Shown here piece after piece: positions 40,101-47,591 of a stretch of 64,000 bases of DNA. The stretch's first letter is position 1. Every line of letters starts with the position of its first letter. This DNA comes from a virus, in IMG/VR virus record IMGVR_UViG_3300025769_010106, positions 44,480 to 108,479 of that record; one strand, 5' to 3'. The notes under the pieces were generated by a model. That model saw nothing but the letters and a program-made list of their open reading frames with translations, was not told the DNA's origin and ran no database searches. The translations under genes and the position numbers were made by a program.

Positions 40101-41460
40101 CGACGTCAATAATAGAACTTTTTCCATCATCAATAAGAACAATGCGACCAAATCGAGTTGAATCAACGCCATCCTGATAATAGAGTTCGTCTGCTAGTGA
40201 TGTTAAAGGAGGGATAAGTTCAAATTTATTACTTGTGTTTTTCCATAGCTGACGATTTCCGTAAGTTTTGCCTTGCTTGATTCTAACTTTTTGACCCTGC
40301 GGAACTGCTGTAGTTCTTGTAAGTGTAATAGTCTGTGTTCCGCCAATATCTTTTAATGCAATAGCATACACATCATATCTTTGACTAAGTGATATTCTGG
40401 TAGTCGCATCAAAAGTAGTTCCTGCTTGACTAAATGGATATCCGTCAAATGGTGATCCCGCGTCCCATAAAGTTTCATCTTCACTGTCATTTAAAAATAC
40501 AAGAGTCTTACCATTTATTTCAGTAAATGTATCTATACCACCATACGTATCAACGAATTTACTATAGACCTGGTTATGTATTTGACTATATGATAGAGTT
40601 GAACAAAAATCCACAGAAGCAGCAGTTGTCATTTCTGTAAAAAAGGATTGATCATCCTTCATTGGCACATTGAATGTGATTCTTCCAACGTCTTCACCAT
40701 TGTTACTTACACCGACAACATCTCGCGTGCTTACGTTTTGTTGTGCAGAACTTATACCTGTTAATCCTATCTCTGTTTGAATCCAGAAGGGGATACCTGG
40801 CTGACTTACATTAAATGTATAGGTGCCACCCCTAGCCAGATAGAGAGTTTCGTTGCTGGTTGCGGTAGTGTTATTAAATCTGTATACGGGTTGACCTGTA
40901 ACAACTTGACTCGTTTCTTCATCAAACGTAGTAGAATCATATCCTACTGTATCCCAGGGTATTTGTGAATAGGTTGTTCCTTCTCTATAAACAGTATAGT
41001 CCTCTGTCATATCTACAGTGTTGCCAAAAACATTAACTCTGTCAGGACCACCGGGTAACCAGAAGTATTCTCCGTAGTTGACTAATTTATCTAAATCTAC
41101 AAAGCCACTCCAGTTATAGTATTCCTGGCTGAATAGGTCATTGGGATTTTCTGTATTACCGTTGTAGTATCTAATATTATTCAAAAAGTCTATATAGGAA
41201 CTTGCACTTTCTACAGTACCTTCACTATTTCTATAGACTACGCCAGGCTCTAATTGATAGTTTGTTCTGTCAGTAGATATTTCACTAAGATATCCATCAC
41301 CTGCTGTATAGTTCTTAGCAAACTTTCTGCCAATAAAACCGTCAAATCTTGTGTCTCTGGGTTCGCTAATTAGCTGGTCTAGAGTAGCGTTTAAAAACTT
41401 ACGGTTACGTTCAGTTTTAAAAACTTCTGGTAAAAAAGTCTGACTTTTACGAGTTGCCAT
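28126..41460 (-). CDS. 4444-aa baseplate wedge-associated structural protein (gp7-like position) with FG-GAP propeller
   Basis: Coupled (TAATG) to the gp6-like gene; KPYKTKIRE motif; seven FG..GAP-like blades; GDG..F repeats. Confidence 0.75.
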   Translation of the reverse strand: MATRKSQTFLPEVFKTERNRKFLNATLDQLISEPRDTRFDGFIGRKFAKNYTAGDGYLSEISTDRTNYQLEPGVVYRNSEGTVESASSYIDFLNNIRYYNGNTENPNDLFSQEYYNWSGFVDLDKLVNYGEYFWLPGGPDRVNVFGNTVDMTEDYTVYREGTTYSQIPWDTVGYDSTTFDEETSQVVTGQPVYRFNNTTATSNETLYLARGGTYTFNVSQPGIPFWIQTEIGLTGISSAQQNVSTRDVVGVSNNGEDVGRITFNVPMKDDQSFFTEMTTAASVDFCSTLSYSQIHNQVYSKFVDTYGGIDTFTEINGKTLVFLNDSEDETLWDAGSPFDGYPFSQAGTTFDATTRISLSQRYDVYAIALKDIGGTQTITLTRTTAVPQGQKVRIKQGKTYGNRQLWKNTSNKFELIPPLTSLADELYYQDGVDSTRFGRIVLIDDGKSSIIDVVNDVLGKENYTSPNGVIFTNGLKIEFDTTVTPTSYQNKTYYVEGVGSSITLTLAKSLTTPEPFTETLEEPYDSVVFDSTNYDGSSNSPVLQDYIVANRSCVDNNAWARGNRWFHRQVIEATAKYNKFTPAVDDTARAKRPIIEFTPNLSLFNYGVYSIDPVSVVDVTETDALSNVNGQTGYFSDSIDLLPQMTVIFTADPDLKNKIFRVDFIDEDANANTRKIINLVQIGTVPNDSNVTSILGAKNQGVVFYYKNSTWLRAQQKTKINQEPLFDVFDGNHKSFGDTSVYPSSTFSGCKLFSYKRNSNAATDQVLEFGLTYNNFENIGDIVFENNYIKDTFTYVKNTGLTKVIVRSGHVHYIDKKTNKRSLLNGWTQVLEDSKQFQIVTYTVASELYTFEIGAKPKDTVTSSLQVFVNSNFISNNQYSILNQNEKYYVVFKKSLTKNDVVTLRVFSDTIIENGYFEIPKNIENNANNDDFENLSLGQIRNHLIIITNNIKEFEGSSLGSNNIRDLNYRVYPGKILQHSAGAILGQYLITSDEANIIDSLIYSMEEYTRFKNRFIENIDKLDLDYRNITKCVDDILLFMVNNKTVSFPFYYSDMVPWGNTFSTVNLTVEDIKERVYEFGSQFDLTSISQRAVIIYHIRNNVKTQLLEGVDYTFDTINAAFILNDSFVTFLNDKFEIREYTNTDGSFVPPTPTKLGLWKKYTPRKYIDNTYSVPKEVLQGHDGSIWATYGDIRDDVILEFEKRVYNNIKTQFRNDLFDFDSVLSGYWRPNSSVSLSRELSIIRSLYGKWAIKNRVDTVENTTWNETNQFSWNHTNGTTKLEGRRVPGFWRGIYKWFYDTDTPHLTPWEMLGHSQKPSWWDDRYGVAPYTRGNNILWEDIRDGKVYSSAVTDTYTVNNNYKKPELLDYIPVDDQGRLRSPTEFLIKDVTSANSDDAWRFGDYSPQETAWRRSSEWPFAIQIISAIKKPAKYLSLMFDTGLYSKQTEYSQIIKTDKSYRPKLGDFYIHGVAKENTTEVNRVEGYNQFIYNYIVNRGLSIADTQTRIRNLTLNLMYQLSGFSDKKYLKIISEQATPSSSNKTIFLPDENYNLIMHKSNPLERVIYSGVKISIVHSGYKITGYDIENPFFRIVPSVRGTDTTTVTVGNQSIKIFKNFMDAYADVPYGTVLKSKGQVADFLNAYQRYLNAKGMKFESVTEKGEPQDFILGAREFLFWTDQNWPIGSVLAISPAYDYLEIERPFTTTDDFSKSNTLKDQNSASIRKSNYNVSRIDNQTTITVNTDQNVLYSANVSPIQYEHYVVLDNKTIFNDIVYQPELGNRQDRVKLVGFKAGQWNGTLHAPGYIFNDNKFEIWQQNKDYKKGDYVSFRDKVYAAKVNHGGKTVFDYNDWVVNEYMTNGLLPNIATKAESFNEFFDVNKVNLEVGTSKAAKGLIGFRSRGYLENLGLDDVSQVKFYQGLLKTKGTQESINKLVKANLTNVDQEINFYEEWGFRVGEFGSIDSNQVISFIVKESKKENNPVIIELLADSTQKTNQDYISLLKKDLLTVPNEYSNKFLNVRSAYTPNSDLTSAGYPRLDDIDFTVWASTDLKNLNQSINKIGRGKKIWIARSPGDENVSPDWTVYRVSETTVEITSAVSSTNGFITFKTSGNHGFKLSQQVLIKTTDVYSGFYQIDSIPSPNSFVVKSDIEIERQQLRDPVFKLTRSRFSSLSDITSSTPAFGWNKNELVWIDDDSNSKWAVYKKDEPWAKQTFKTLNSKIGNAYLGHSIAIGNQGITAASGAPNDGTGSATFFAIDESNSFIETGIITLSDKSGLVDDFGTGLGLGGSYGAVGAPSSNSSKGYVTVFKNQGAGSYIQTQAISINGIASGAQFGTQIKISKDDRYMFVSAPGTNTVYVYALNDIATNKNSIDNISGDGITATFTLNFTPLSVNSIYLQDTLGKTYFPYLDYTLSGNNITFTSIPANGLKVVVRQETHYQLIETITGSDSMSGDRFGESIDIDNSGRTLVVGAPYAEVANSASTVYQDAGEAYVFNMTVEAFSCNGTTKSFTTETNLPGKFYVEVDGVLQTLTSITDPDDGDGSSINYYSVSSNTITFRYTPTAGSTVRIFTGTYKEVQKIDQNLTDQAPSDSENFGRSVAIDAYGSIIAIGAPGEDELNPNTGSVFLFADSGMKFGNITTESGFSVTSGDTIYVDDFKVTMSSTSNDQAKLVSDIANANIVNISTSLVGSNAYISSANNTTNRLMRIRPGVGSSFKTSKITPFRLVQKINHPAGFENENFGTAIAFNKFENNGYLSLQELVITSDVASTLSRTRFDLDNDTTSVNYGKYLTTFDSDSTTFIDRKTQSGAVYTFEQLLPSGTASITNPFKYGFIQQLQSDDISYLDQFGYSVAYMDSKLFVGSRLDDTSAVNSGTVYEFVNPLRKKGWQLYRNEVEKVDIGLINRTILYDRSNDIVTNFLDYIDPYKGKLVGQAEAEINYMTPYDPAAYTTSPDNSSGRSWDNEYIGKVWWDLQTCSIIEYEQGDIDYRANHWGQFFPGSSIDVYEWVESDVLPSEYIAAGYEGTPKHEDDTYYSSTQQYNTATNSTTTKYYFWVKGKLSVPEADFRNISIQSVANLIADPKGQGIKFVSFLSQSALSLTNVKENISGDNTVLSINYDVVPNEGILHSEFDIVSEGDSAQKIPSKIWNKLVDSMAGTDATGNIIPDPTLNEFNRYGIFIRPRQTLLKNRRMAIKIAVDYCNDVFKTIPIVRQSPLTGLFSSQLQPTSQSGEWDKKVNNIDERDYLNVNTLSTGYNVLVDKDESLDNNWTIYTLKADKTWFLTKVQSFTTSGYWSYKTWYAEGYNQTTIPHYQVKNEPELLTLDASVGQTAKVLTNDDGNFSFFEYTRSNTWKEVIIENGTVELNSSLYTFSTSDFTRNVGFDDDIFDFKYYDNVPFTEIRSILTAIKDEIFVDDLSIHLNKLFFRLIEYVLSEDTGITDWIFKTSFLKVIHKLRNLNQYPTYKSDNSQFIESYINEVKPYKTKIREYITKFNGTDTFGGDITDFDVHAFYDEKLQYFRKPSGDYSGDEILQKQGLNKPWNDNYSLRVSSLVILNQGTGYIIDPSITISAPDLPGGVTATARARTNSDKIIEVILLENGSGYTRTPTITITGAGTGCIIAPRMENITSREFDVTIKFDRITYSSIVKDWTANTTYAYEDIISYKNNTSGEQEVYKCIVTGGFTSGSTFSTEISNGTTVLEVYSDELLASNADRIAAYYAPTSGMLGDDLNLLQLGTDYTGNRVTGAGFDLEPGFDQGNFDTIGYDDFDIDTDGLAVLSGTSSLDTIIRGTFADLALGTRPEDINIDGGKFVDVYNSHAPEEVIPGIIFDTLDMEVYTDPSNDFEYDGSSFEVISKVYSADGSTKTFSFASSQAKEDVDFIRVWVGATPQRNLTLDYFDRTVTLENTPAAGSAVYIYGFGVTGEKMSHEETFIGDGSTAGFVSGIPIANADQQLVLKNGIRLVKGIDYTVNDSDNKVLLQFTDVPANSDHIHVFMYDQDESRQAWTEVYTQEITLVSGTKTYDLEKTIQYTQPFEGNVVVELGNLRLRPSNAKHYVADGSTLVYSIPTTAGELPTLADGDIRVTVISPDDRSTLNPVTNKTPNIDYFVNPSDGSSVRTIEFFNPPSTGDTVIVSVRTGDYQIDGNIITLDDTVSFSNGDKLYVTSFANHNPLRIQTKVFEGLGSEIVSSEVGFDDVIFDSSGFDGTAISGLSTFEYTMDRNITNTNYLWVTLNGVKLHAGEYTIVGNNKVSLSGQSVTSNSIIVITSFSENVIQPTVGFRILNNMLGEWEYRRLAKDFRTELAKDLLPTDTKIYVQDATKLPLARVNDKQPGVVYIGAERVTYWEISYEDNYITNFRRGTSGTSFFPIHRKMTPVIDGSLAQELPDTSTHTKVWYTQGSTTAANGLGLQSSSTINANFLKDKEATVGNYLRELDSPRYVAADYVEEDYVEIRE

Positions 41461-44400
41461 TAGTAATTATATCCAGTGTTAGTAATATTTGTATTGTTAG
41501 TCACTGTATTTACAGTTGTAGAAAGTGAGCTTTTTCCTGCACTTACGCTTTCAACACTAAGATTATCAGATGCGGTATTTACTACTGTTCCTGATGCAGT
41601 CAATTGACTAGCAGTAATAACAGAAATAATTTCTACATCATTAACTGTCGCACTGCTTATAAAGATCTCGTCTCTTGCACTTGTAATTTGAAGTAAACTA
41701 CCAAAGACGTTGGTTGTGTCTTTAGGTACTATAGTAATACTAAGAACATCTGGGGACAATTCTTGATGAAGATAAGCATCTAATTCACTGAAGTAAAAAG
41801 TGTCGCCAAAATCCCAATTTTCAAGAGCAAAATAATTATTAATTGCTCTGATTACATTTGCTTTAATTTCACTATCACTTTTTAAAGTAGCTTGATTTTT
41901 AATTACTTTAAATGTTGCTTGTAAACTAGCATCTGCTTTACTGCCAAACAATGGTCTAAAATTTATAGAGTGGAATATTAGAGCATCACTAACGCTTTTA
42001 TTGGATTCAAGATTGCCAAATGAATCTCTTAACTCTAGTGTTGAAGGTTTAGTAGGCTTTTCTACTCTGCCAGTGATATCTGTTACCCAATTTCTAAAAT
42101 CTGTGTTATATTGTCTTGTAAGAATATAAAGATCAATAATATTACTTGGACTTGGATCGATTCTTCTATTATTGGGCGCATTGTGACTATACTGGAATAA
42201 TAAATTATTTCTTCCAGTTTTCTTTATATAATCTGTTGTAATCTTTATATTTTTTGTACCGCCAGAAGCTTCATAAAGTATGTAAAATACTCCTGTACTT
42301 GAAGCATAAAATATTTGCCCTAGACTATAACTAGCAAGTATAGTTCTTATTTCACTTTCTGTGGTGTATGTTGTTTCTATAGTTGAATCAACTACTGGTT
42401 TGTATCTAGTAAACCCTGCCGAATCTAGGTATGTTGTATAAAAAACTACTTTTCTGGCACTGTTTGTATCAGGAGATACGATTGTTTCAAAAACCTCTGG
42501 ATCGTCAGGCACTCCATCACTATCACTGTCAGGAAAGGTTACTTTAATTTTTTCATTAAGAGTGAACCCATCTGATTCAATATATGCTTTATCTATTTGT
42601 AGGGGAATATCTAAACCTATAGGCAAACTGCTGTCAGGCTTGTTATTGACTTTTAAAACTTTAATAGTGTCCTTAACAGTTTTGCCTGATACGGGATCAA
42701 AAACTTTTAGATCGCTGTCAAAGTAAAAGCGAGTTTCCTTTACACTTTCAAATGTATAAGTGGTACTTCTATATTTTACAGTATAGGTTGCACCATCATT
42801 TGTGAATAATAGAAACCAACTGTTGTCTAATCCTAAATTACTTTGATCTCCAGTATTTGTAAGACTAAAAGTTGTACTTTGGTTTAGATTTAGGCTACTG
42901 ATAATTTCCCATGTTCCAGTTTCATAATCATATCGTAACCCAAAAGTTTTAAATGTAGCAATATTGTCTGCTATAGTTGACTTGTTTTGACTAGTTAGCG
43001 TGTTGTTCCACACAGGGTAAATTTTAGAAAGTATTGCCCCTGTTGGAATTATCTCGCTCATAGTCACTGGGCCTGTGCCATTTCTAAGATTACCCACGCC
43101 TTGATTTGTACCATCATCAACAACTTTAATAATACTTGCCCAAATATAATCTTTAGTATTCAAATCTCCACTTGAACCAGTTATGATAGTATTATTAATA
43201 TCAAAAACTTTACCAGCTGGAGCAACAAATTTAAGTAAACTATTTGTATTAGCATACTTCAAACTACTACTAGCAAAACTACCAATTGATGCTGGATTGC
43301 CAGCTGAATTTTTAAAATAGCCAGTTACAGTACCAAAACTCCTTGTAGTTTGTTGCCATGTACTGTTAAGACTGGCAGCATCCTTTTTAGTATAATTTTT
43401 TATGTAAAAATGAAAACTTTCATTATTTTGAATAATCGGTTCAATTCGTCGTGAAAGAACATTGAATATGTCACTTCTAGTAGTAAAATTAAAACTAAAA
43501 CTATTAACAGGCTCGTCAATAAACAGAATACCATCACTAGCAACAATATTTGTACTGCTGTATTTTCCAGTTGTATCACGCACATCTAGGTATCTGCTGA
43601 TACCACTTGATGTACGATTTACCGCTTTACTTTTTAAAATATCTGTATAGTTTGTAAATGGGAAGATCTGATAATCTTCAGCGTTAATCATACGATTTTG
43701 AGTATAGTATTGCTGTTGTGCCTTTAACTTTACATCATTTAAATTTTCTCTGGCACTTGCATTAGAAATTGTAGTTTGAAGTGCAAGATTTACTGTAAGG
43801 CTCTGTAGTGTATTTGTCTTGCTGACATAGGGAATATTGATCTCTATATCCTGCATATCACGTGGAGCGATTTTATAGGTTAACCCATTACCCACTCTAA
43901 AATAGGTTCTAAAATTACCCACTGGGGTAGTAGTGAAAACATCATCACCAAATACTATATTGATTCTATCATTAACAGCACTTTCTACAGCGAATAAAGT
44001 TTTTATTTCCTTACTCAAGCTATTATAAATTACGTTAGTACCATTTAGCGCAGGTACTTTTGTCCATCTTGTTGATTCATTACCCTGTGAATCTAATTCA
44101 TATAACCAAACATCATTATTGTCAATGCCATTTACGCTTAATTCTACTACACGGTTTGGCAACTTTTCATTAATTGAAAAATCTACAGTTTGCAGGCTTC
44201 CTTGTTTAAAATAAAAGAAGAAACCAGTGTTAATACTATTAAACCCTCTATCGTCACTTCTGTAAATTAAGTTTAATGTATCCCTTGGTCCTGGGGGGAC
44301 TTCATATAGATAGTTTGAACCACTATATGTTCCATTAACTACTTCAAAATCTATAGTTCTACCATTTACGTTAGTAGAGAATTCATAAGCAGCAATACTA

Positions 44401-44981
44401 CTGGGTATAGTTCTAATATTATATTCTTCAATTTTAATTCCACCTATAGATGTTCTTAATGATGGATTACTAAACTGCTGCGTACCAACCATGGCTGCAT
44501 TCATAATAGTTGTAAATTGTTCTAGGAAATCTGGATTTGTTGTATCGCCCCAAAAAATTTCAGTATCTTGAAGATTGTTACCATTGCTATCAAAAACTTC
44601 TTCACTCGTGCGTACACTAGTTACTTTTAGTAACCCTCGCCCAATTTGGCTACGCTTTACATTGTAATTAAGCATCCTGGCAAGACGTAAAATACTTGAA
44701 CGTCTTTGTGCAGTTTCTAGGAAATTTTCTCTTGCATTAAGATCAACACGGAAACTCATACTCTGAGTTAGAAATGCTATAATATCAATTAGAGCTATAT
44801 ATTCACTACTCTCAATGAAGTCATTGAAATCTTCTGGATAATAGGTTCTAATATAATCAATTATAGTTTTACGAACAGTCTGATAGTCGTAACTTTGAAA
44901 GTTAACTTCCCTAAATGCTTCGTAAATCTTTGTCCAATCTTCAGCAGCAAATAAGTTTGATTCTCTAGTGGTACTAGCCAT
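41460..44981 (-). CDS. gp6: baseplate wedge subunit, T4 gp6-like
   Basis: DFIESSE, ENFLETAQRRSSILRLARMLNY, IVFGDD, QNRMINAEDY. Confidence 0.85.
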   Translation of the reverse strand: MASTTRESNLFAAEDWTKIYEAFREVNFQSYDYQTVRKTIIDYIRTYYPEDFNDFIESSEYIALIDIIAFLTQSMSFRVDLNARENFLETAQRRSSILRLARMLNYNVKRSQIGRGLLKVTSVRTSEEVFDSNGNNLQDTEIFWGDTTNPDFLEQFTTIMNAAMVGTQQFSNPSLRTSIGGIKIEEYNIRTIPSSIAAYEFSTNVNGRTIDFEVVNGTYSGSNYLYEVPPGPRDTLNLIYRSDDRGFNSINTGFFFYFKQGSLQTVDFSINEKLPNRVVELSVNGIDNNDVWLYELDSQGNESTRWTKVPALNGTNVIYNSLSKEIKTLFAVESAVNDRINIVFGDDVFTTTPVGNFRTYFRVGNGLTYKIAPRDMQDIEINIPYVSKTNTLQSLTVNLALQTTISNASARENLNDVKLKAQQQYYTQNRMINAEDYQIFPFTNYTDILKSKAVNRTSSGISRYLDVRDTTGKYSSTNIVASDGILFIDEPVNSFSFNFTTRSDIFNVLSRRIEPIIQNNESFHFYIKNYTKKDAASLNSTWQQTTRSFGTVTGYFKNSAGNPASIGSFASSSLKYANTNSLLKFVAPAGKVFDINNTIITGSSGDLNTKDYIWASIIKVVDDGTNQGVGNLRNGTGPVTMSEIIPTGAILSKIYPVWNNTLTSQNKSTIADNIATFKTFGLRYDYETGTWEIISSLNLNQSTTFSLTNTGDQSNLGLDNSWFLLFTNDGATYTVKYRSTTYTFESVKETRFYFDSDLKVFDPVSGKTVKDTIKVLKVNNKPDSSLPIGLDIPLQIDKAYIESDGFTLNEKIKVTFPDSDSDGVPDDPEVFETIVSPDTNSARKVVFYTTYLDSAGFTRYKPVVDSTIETTYTTESEIRTILASYSLGQIFYASSTGVFYILYEASGGTKNIKITTDYIKKTGRNNLLFQYSHNAPNNRRIDPSPSNIIDLYILTRQYNTDFRNWVTDITGRVEKPTKPSTLELRDSFGNLESNKSVSDALIFHSINFRPLFGSKADASLQATFKVIKNQATLKSDSEIKANVIRAINNYFALENWDFGDTFYFSELDAYLHQELSPDVLSITIVPKDTTNVFGSLLQITSARDEIFISSATVNDVEIISVITASQLTASGTVVNTASDNLSVESVSAGKSSLSTTVNTVTNNTNITNTGYNY

Positions 44982-45006
44982 TAATTTATCTCACGTTGTT
45001 ATACTA

Positions 45007-45013
45007 TATTTAT
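45007..45013 (-). promoter_or_regulatory. late promoter ATAAATA
   Basis: Intergenic, upstream of the gp6-like gene. Confidence 0.6.
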
Positions 45014-45034
45014 TTGTTATAGAATATACGTATA

Positions 45035-45400
45035 TTATAGGTTATTATCACGTAAGAATGTGATTAGTAATCGCTCACTAGCATCAGTAGCCACAAAAAC
45101 CAAGTCAACTTCTACTTGAATACCATTATCAAATTCAGATACTATTATATCTTGCGCAATTACCCTAGGATCGTAATCAATTGTGGTTTGCACTTCTTGA
45201 AGAATGGCATCTTTTGTTTCTTCAGTTAATGGATCCATTATATACTCGTATATACTTGATCCAAAGTCAGTGTTGAATAATTTTTCACCCTTACGTATAG
45301 CAAAATGGTTTAATATATCGCGCTTAATAAGATCTTCATCAGACAGGCTTACTGATTGGAAACTGTTATTTAAAGTAGTATAGCCACGGTATAAAGACAT
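45035..45400 (-). CDS. gp25: baseplate wedge subunit, gp25-like
   Basis: RKGEKLFNTDFGS, YDPRV motifs; 121 aa. Confidence 0.88.
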   Translation of the reverse strand: MSLYRGYTTLNNSFQSVSLSDEDLIKRDILNHFAIRKGEKLFNTDFGSSIYEYIMDPLTEETKDAILQEVQTTIDYDPRVIAQDIIVSEFDNGIQVEVDLVFVATDASERLLITFLRDNNL

Positions 45401-45415
45401 AGTATGTTATTTACC

Positions 45416-47566
45416 CTATATGTATAAACCTTGCCTAGCAAAGTAATCAAAGTTCTCTCTGGATTGTTCATAAGCACTTGCTCCCTTTTGAGCATATGTG
45501 GATAGCTTTTTATACAAGTCTTGAGAAGATTCAATAACTGTTGTGCCTGGTATAGGCTTAGGTTCTAAAAATTCGCCAGCCCTTAATTTTTTTGCATAAT
45601 CAGATCCAGACGCATATGATGCTGTTAGCATAGCTGATACGACATTGGGTGCATCTGTAGCTTTTATACCGCCATTAGTAGCTAATTCTTGATATTTTTT
45701 TGCCAGATCTTTTTGGAATATGTCTTCTTGAAGAAAAGAGTTAGCAAAAAAGTCGTCTAGATCACCAACACCATTTTTTCCAGTCCAAATTCTAGGATCA
45801 GATAGTTGGCCATTAAAGACAGCTTCAGGTTTAATAAATCCTTGCTCTTTTAAAGTTTGTGTAGTAAGTCCAAACTTACCTATAGCCCTCGTTACACTAT
45901 CAACATGATTATATTTTCCATTGCTACCTACTAACTCTGAAATGCCAGCTGAAATAGATCTCATGTTATTTGCATCTAGAACACCCAGAGGATCTGGTAA
46001 AGACTGGTTCACTAAAACTGCTTCGTTAATTTTTTCACTGTTGGCACCCTCTAGGATACTATCTAAACCATCGTCGCTAACCACAGGAGGATTTTTGGGA
46101 AATGAAACTGTTTTATTAATATCTCCATTAAACACTGTAGGTTGTGTTGTTATTCCATGTTCTACGTAAGGCTCGTGTGTTGGCGCACGATCCACTGTTG
46201 TTTTTAATTCGTTATTGGCATTCCAAAAACCTTTACCATCAATCATAGTATCTTTTAGAGTTGCTAAAGGTATAGCTTTGCCTTTGGCTGCTCCTGCTGC
46301 ACTTCCTTGTAGAGCTATACAACCTGCTTTAACGTTAAGTGATGGTCCAGCTTTAAGATTCATTGTGCCTGAGGATTCAATATTTGCTGCTGAACCACTC
46401 TTAATGTCAATCCCCTTCGAGCCAAACATTCTTGCTGATCCTTTGCCAGAAAATACATCTATAAGAGTTCCTCCCTCTAAGTGTGTTGTGTTTTCACTTA
46501 CTAATTGAATAGTAGACTTAGCATGAAACTTAATATTTTGATCTGCATGGAAATTTATATTTTTACTACGAACATTAACGTTGGTTTCACTGTATAGGTC
46601 AAGTTGACCTTTCTTATCCATCTGAATCCATGATGTGCCGCTGGAATTACTAATGTAAATAAAATCTTCTGTATCATGCAGTAGTATTTGATGACCATGG
46701 CTTGTTCTTATACGTACCTGATTGTTGTTACCTTCAATATCACCATCATCCATGGTTAGTGAGTGGCCACGAGCTCTTCCGGATTTCCCAAGAAGTGTGT
46801 TAAGGTCATCTCCCACTAATTTAGTAGCCGGGTTATTTTTGAGACTACTTATAACAGGTGTTTTTGATATGTCTACACCGGTTTTAGATTTTCGCCTTCC
46901 CTTTGTTGTTATACCTACAAGTTCACTAGGAGTCTCACGCATGTAATTACTGGTCGTAAGACCTCGAAATTCGTCCTTATCTAATCCCTGTTTCTTTAAT
47001 GAACTAAAAGAGTCTAAATCTATTTTCCTTTTAGGTTTGAGCCAGTTAGTTAATTTACTAGTATCTTCTATACGATCATTTAGGTCGAGCGCAGGTGCAC
47101 GAGTATGTCTAGGGCCATCACTTCCTTCACTAACAAAATTACTAGTCATCCCAGATTCAGGTAATGTTTGCATCATATATGCATCAGGTGCACAGGCAAA
47201 CCAAAAACCTTCAGCATTTCTACCTTCTGGAAACACACAAAGGACTCGTGTTCCAATGTCCGGACACGGATAAACTATACCACCTACACTCTTTGTACCG
47301 TCCTGGGCTTCAGATCTACTGTAAAACGGGGTTGCATATCTAACCTGTCGCCATTGCGAGGTAGTTTCTTCAAGAGGTTTACCAGTTTGAGTACCAGTAT
47401 TTCCGTATTGGGGGATGAATACACTTAAAACGCCCATATGAGTTGGATGTGAATTTACCTTTACAATACCAATTACTATGCCTTTATCTTCATGTATTCC
47501 GCGGACGTCTTCAGTTTTGAAATCTTTATCGCCACCCTTTGCCCCTAAATTTGTATAATCAAACAT
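45416..47566 (-). CDS. baseplate central spike, gp5/VgrG-like, with possible C-terminal lysozyme-like domain
   Basis: N-terminal OB-fold pattern PDIGTRVLCVF, RIRTSHGHQILLHD, beta-helix repeats, PTHEPY. Confidence 0.75.
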   Translation of the reverse strand: MFDYTNLGAKGGDKDFKTEDVRGIHEDKGIVIGIVKVNSHPTHMGVLSVFIPQYGNTGTQTGKPLEETTSQWRQVRYATPFYSRSEAQDGTKSVGGIVYPCPDIGTRVLCVFPEGRNAEGFWFACAPDAYMMQTLPESGMTSNFVSEGSDGPRHTRAPALDLNDRIEDTSKLTNWLKPKRKIDLDSFSSLKKQGLDKDEFRGLTTSNYMRETPSELVGITTKGRRKSKTGVDISKTPVISSLKNNPATKLVGDDLNTLLGKSGRARGHSLTMDDGDIEGNNNQVRIRTSHGHQILLHDTEDFIYISNSSGTSWIQMDKKGQLDLYSETNVNVRSKNINFHADQNIKFHAKSTIQLVSENTTHLEGGTLIDVFSGKGSARMFGSKGIDIKSGSAANIESSGTMNLKAGPSLNVKAGCIALQGSAAGAAKGKAIPLATLKDTMIDGKGFWNANNELKTTVDRAPTHEPYVEHGITTQPTVFNGDINKTVSFPKNPPVVSDDGLDSILEGANSEKINEAVLVNQSLPDPLGVLDANNMRSISAGISELVGSNGKYNHVDSVTRAIGKFGLTTQTLKEQGFIKPEAVFNGQLSDPRIWTGKNGVGDLDDFFANSFLQEDIFQKDLAKKYQELATNGGIKATDAPNVVSAMLTASYASGSDYAKKLRAGEFLEPKPIPGTTVIESSQDLYKKLSTYAQKGASAYEQSRENFDYFARQGLYI

Positions 47567-47591
47567 TAGCCATATCCTATCCTTTGTTTTT

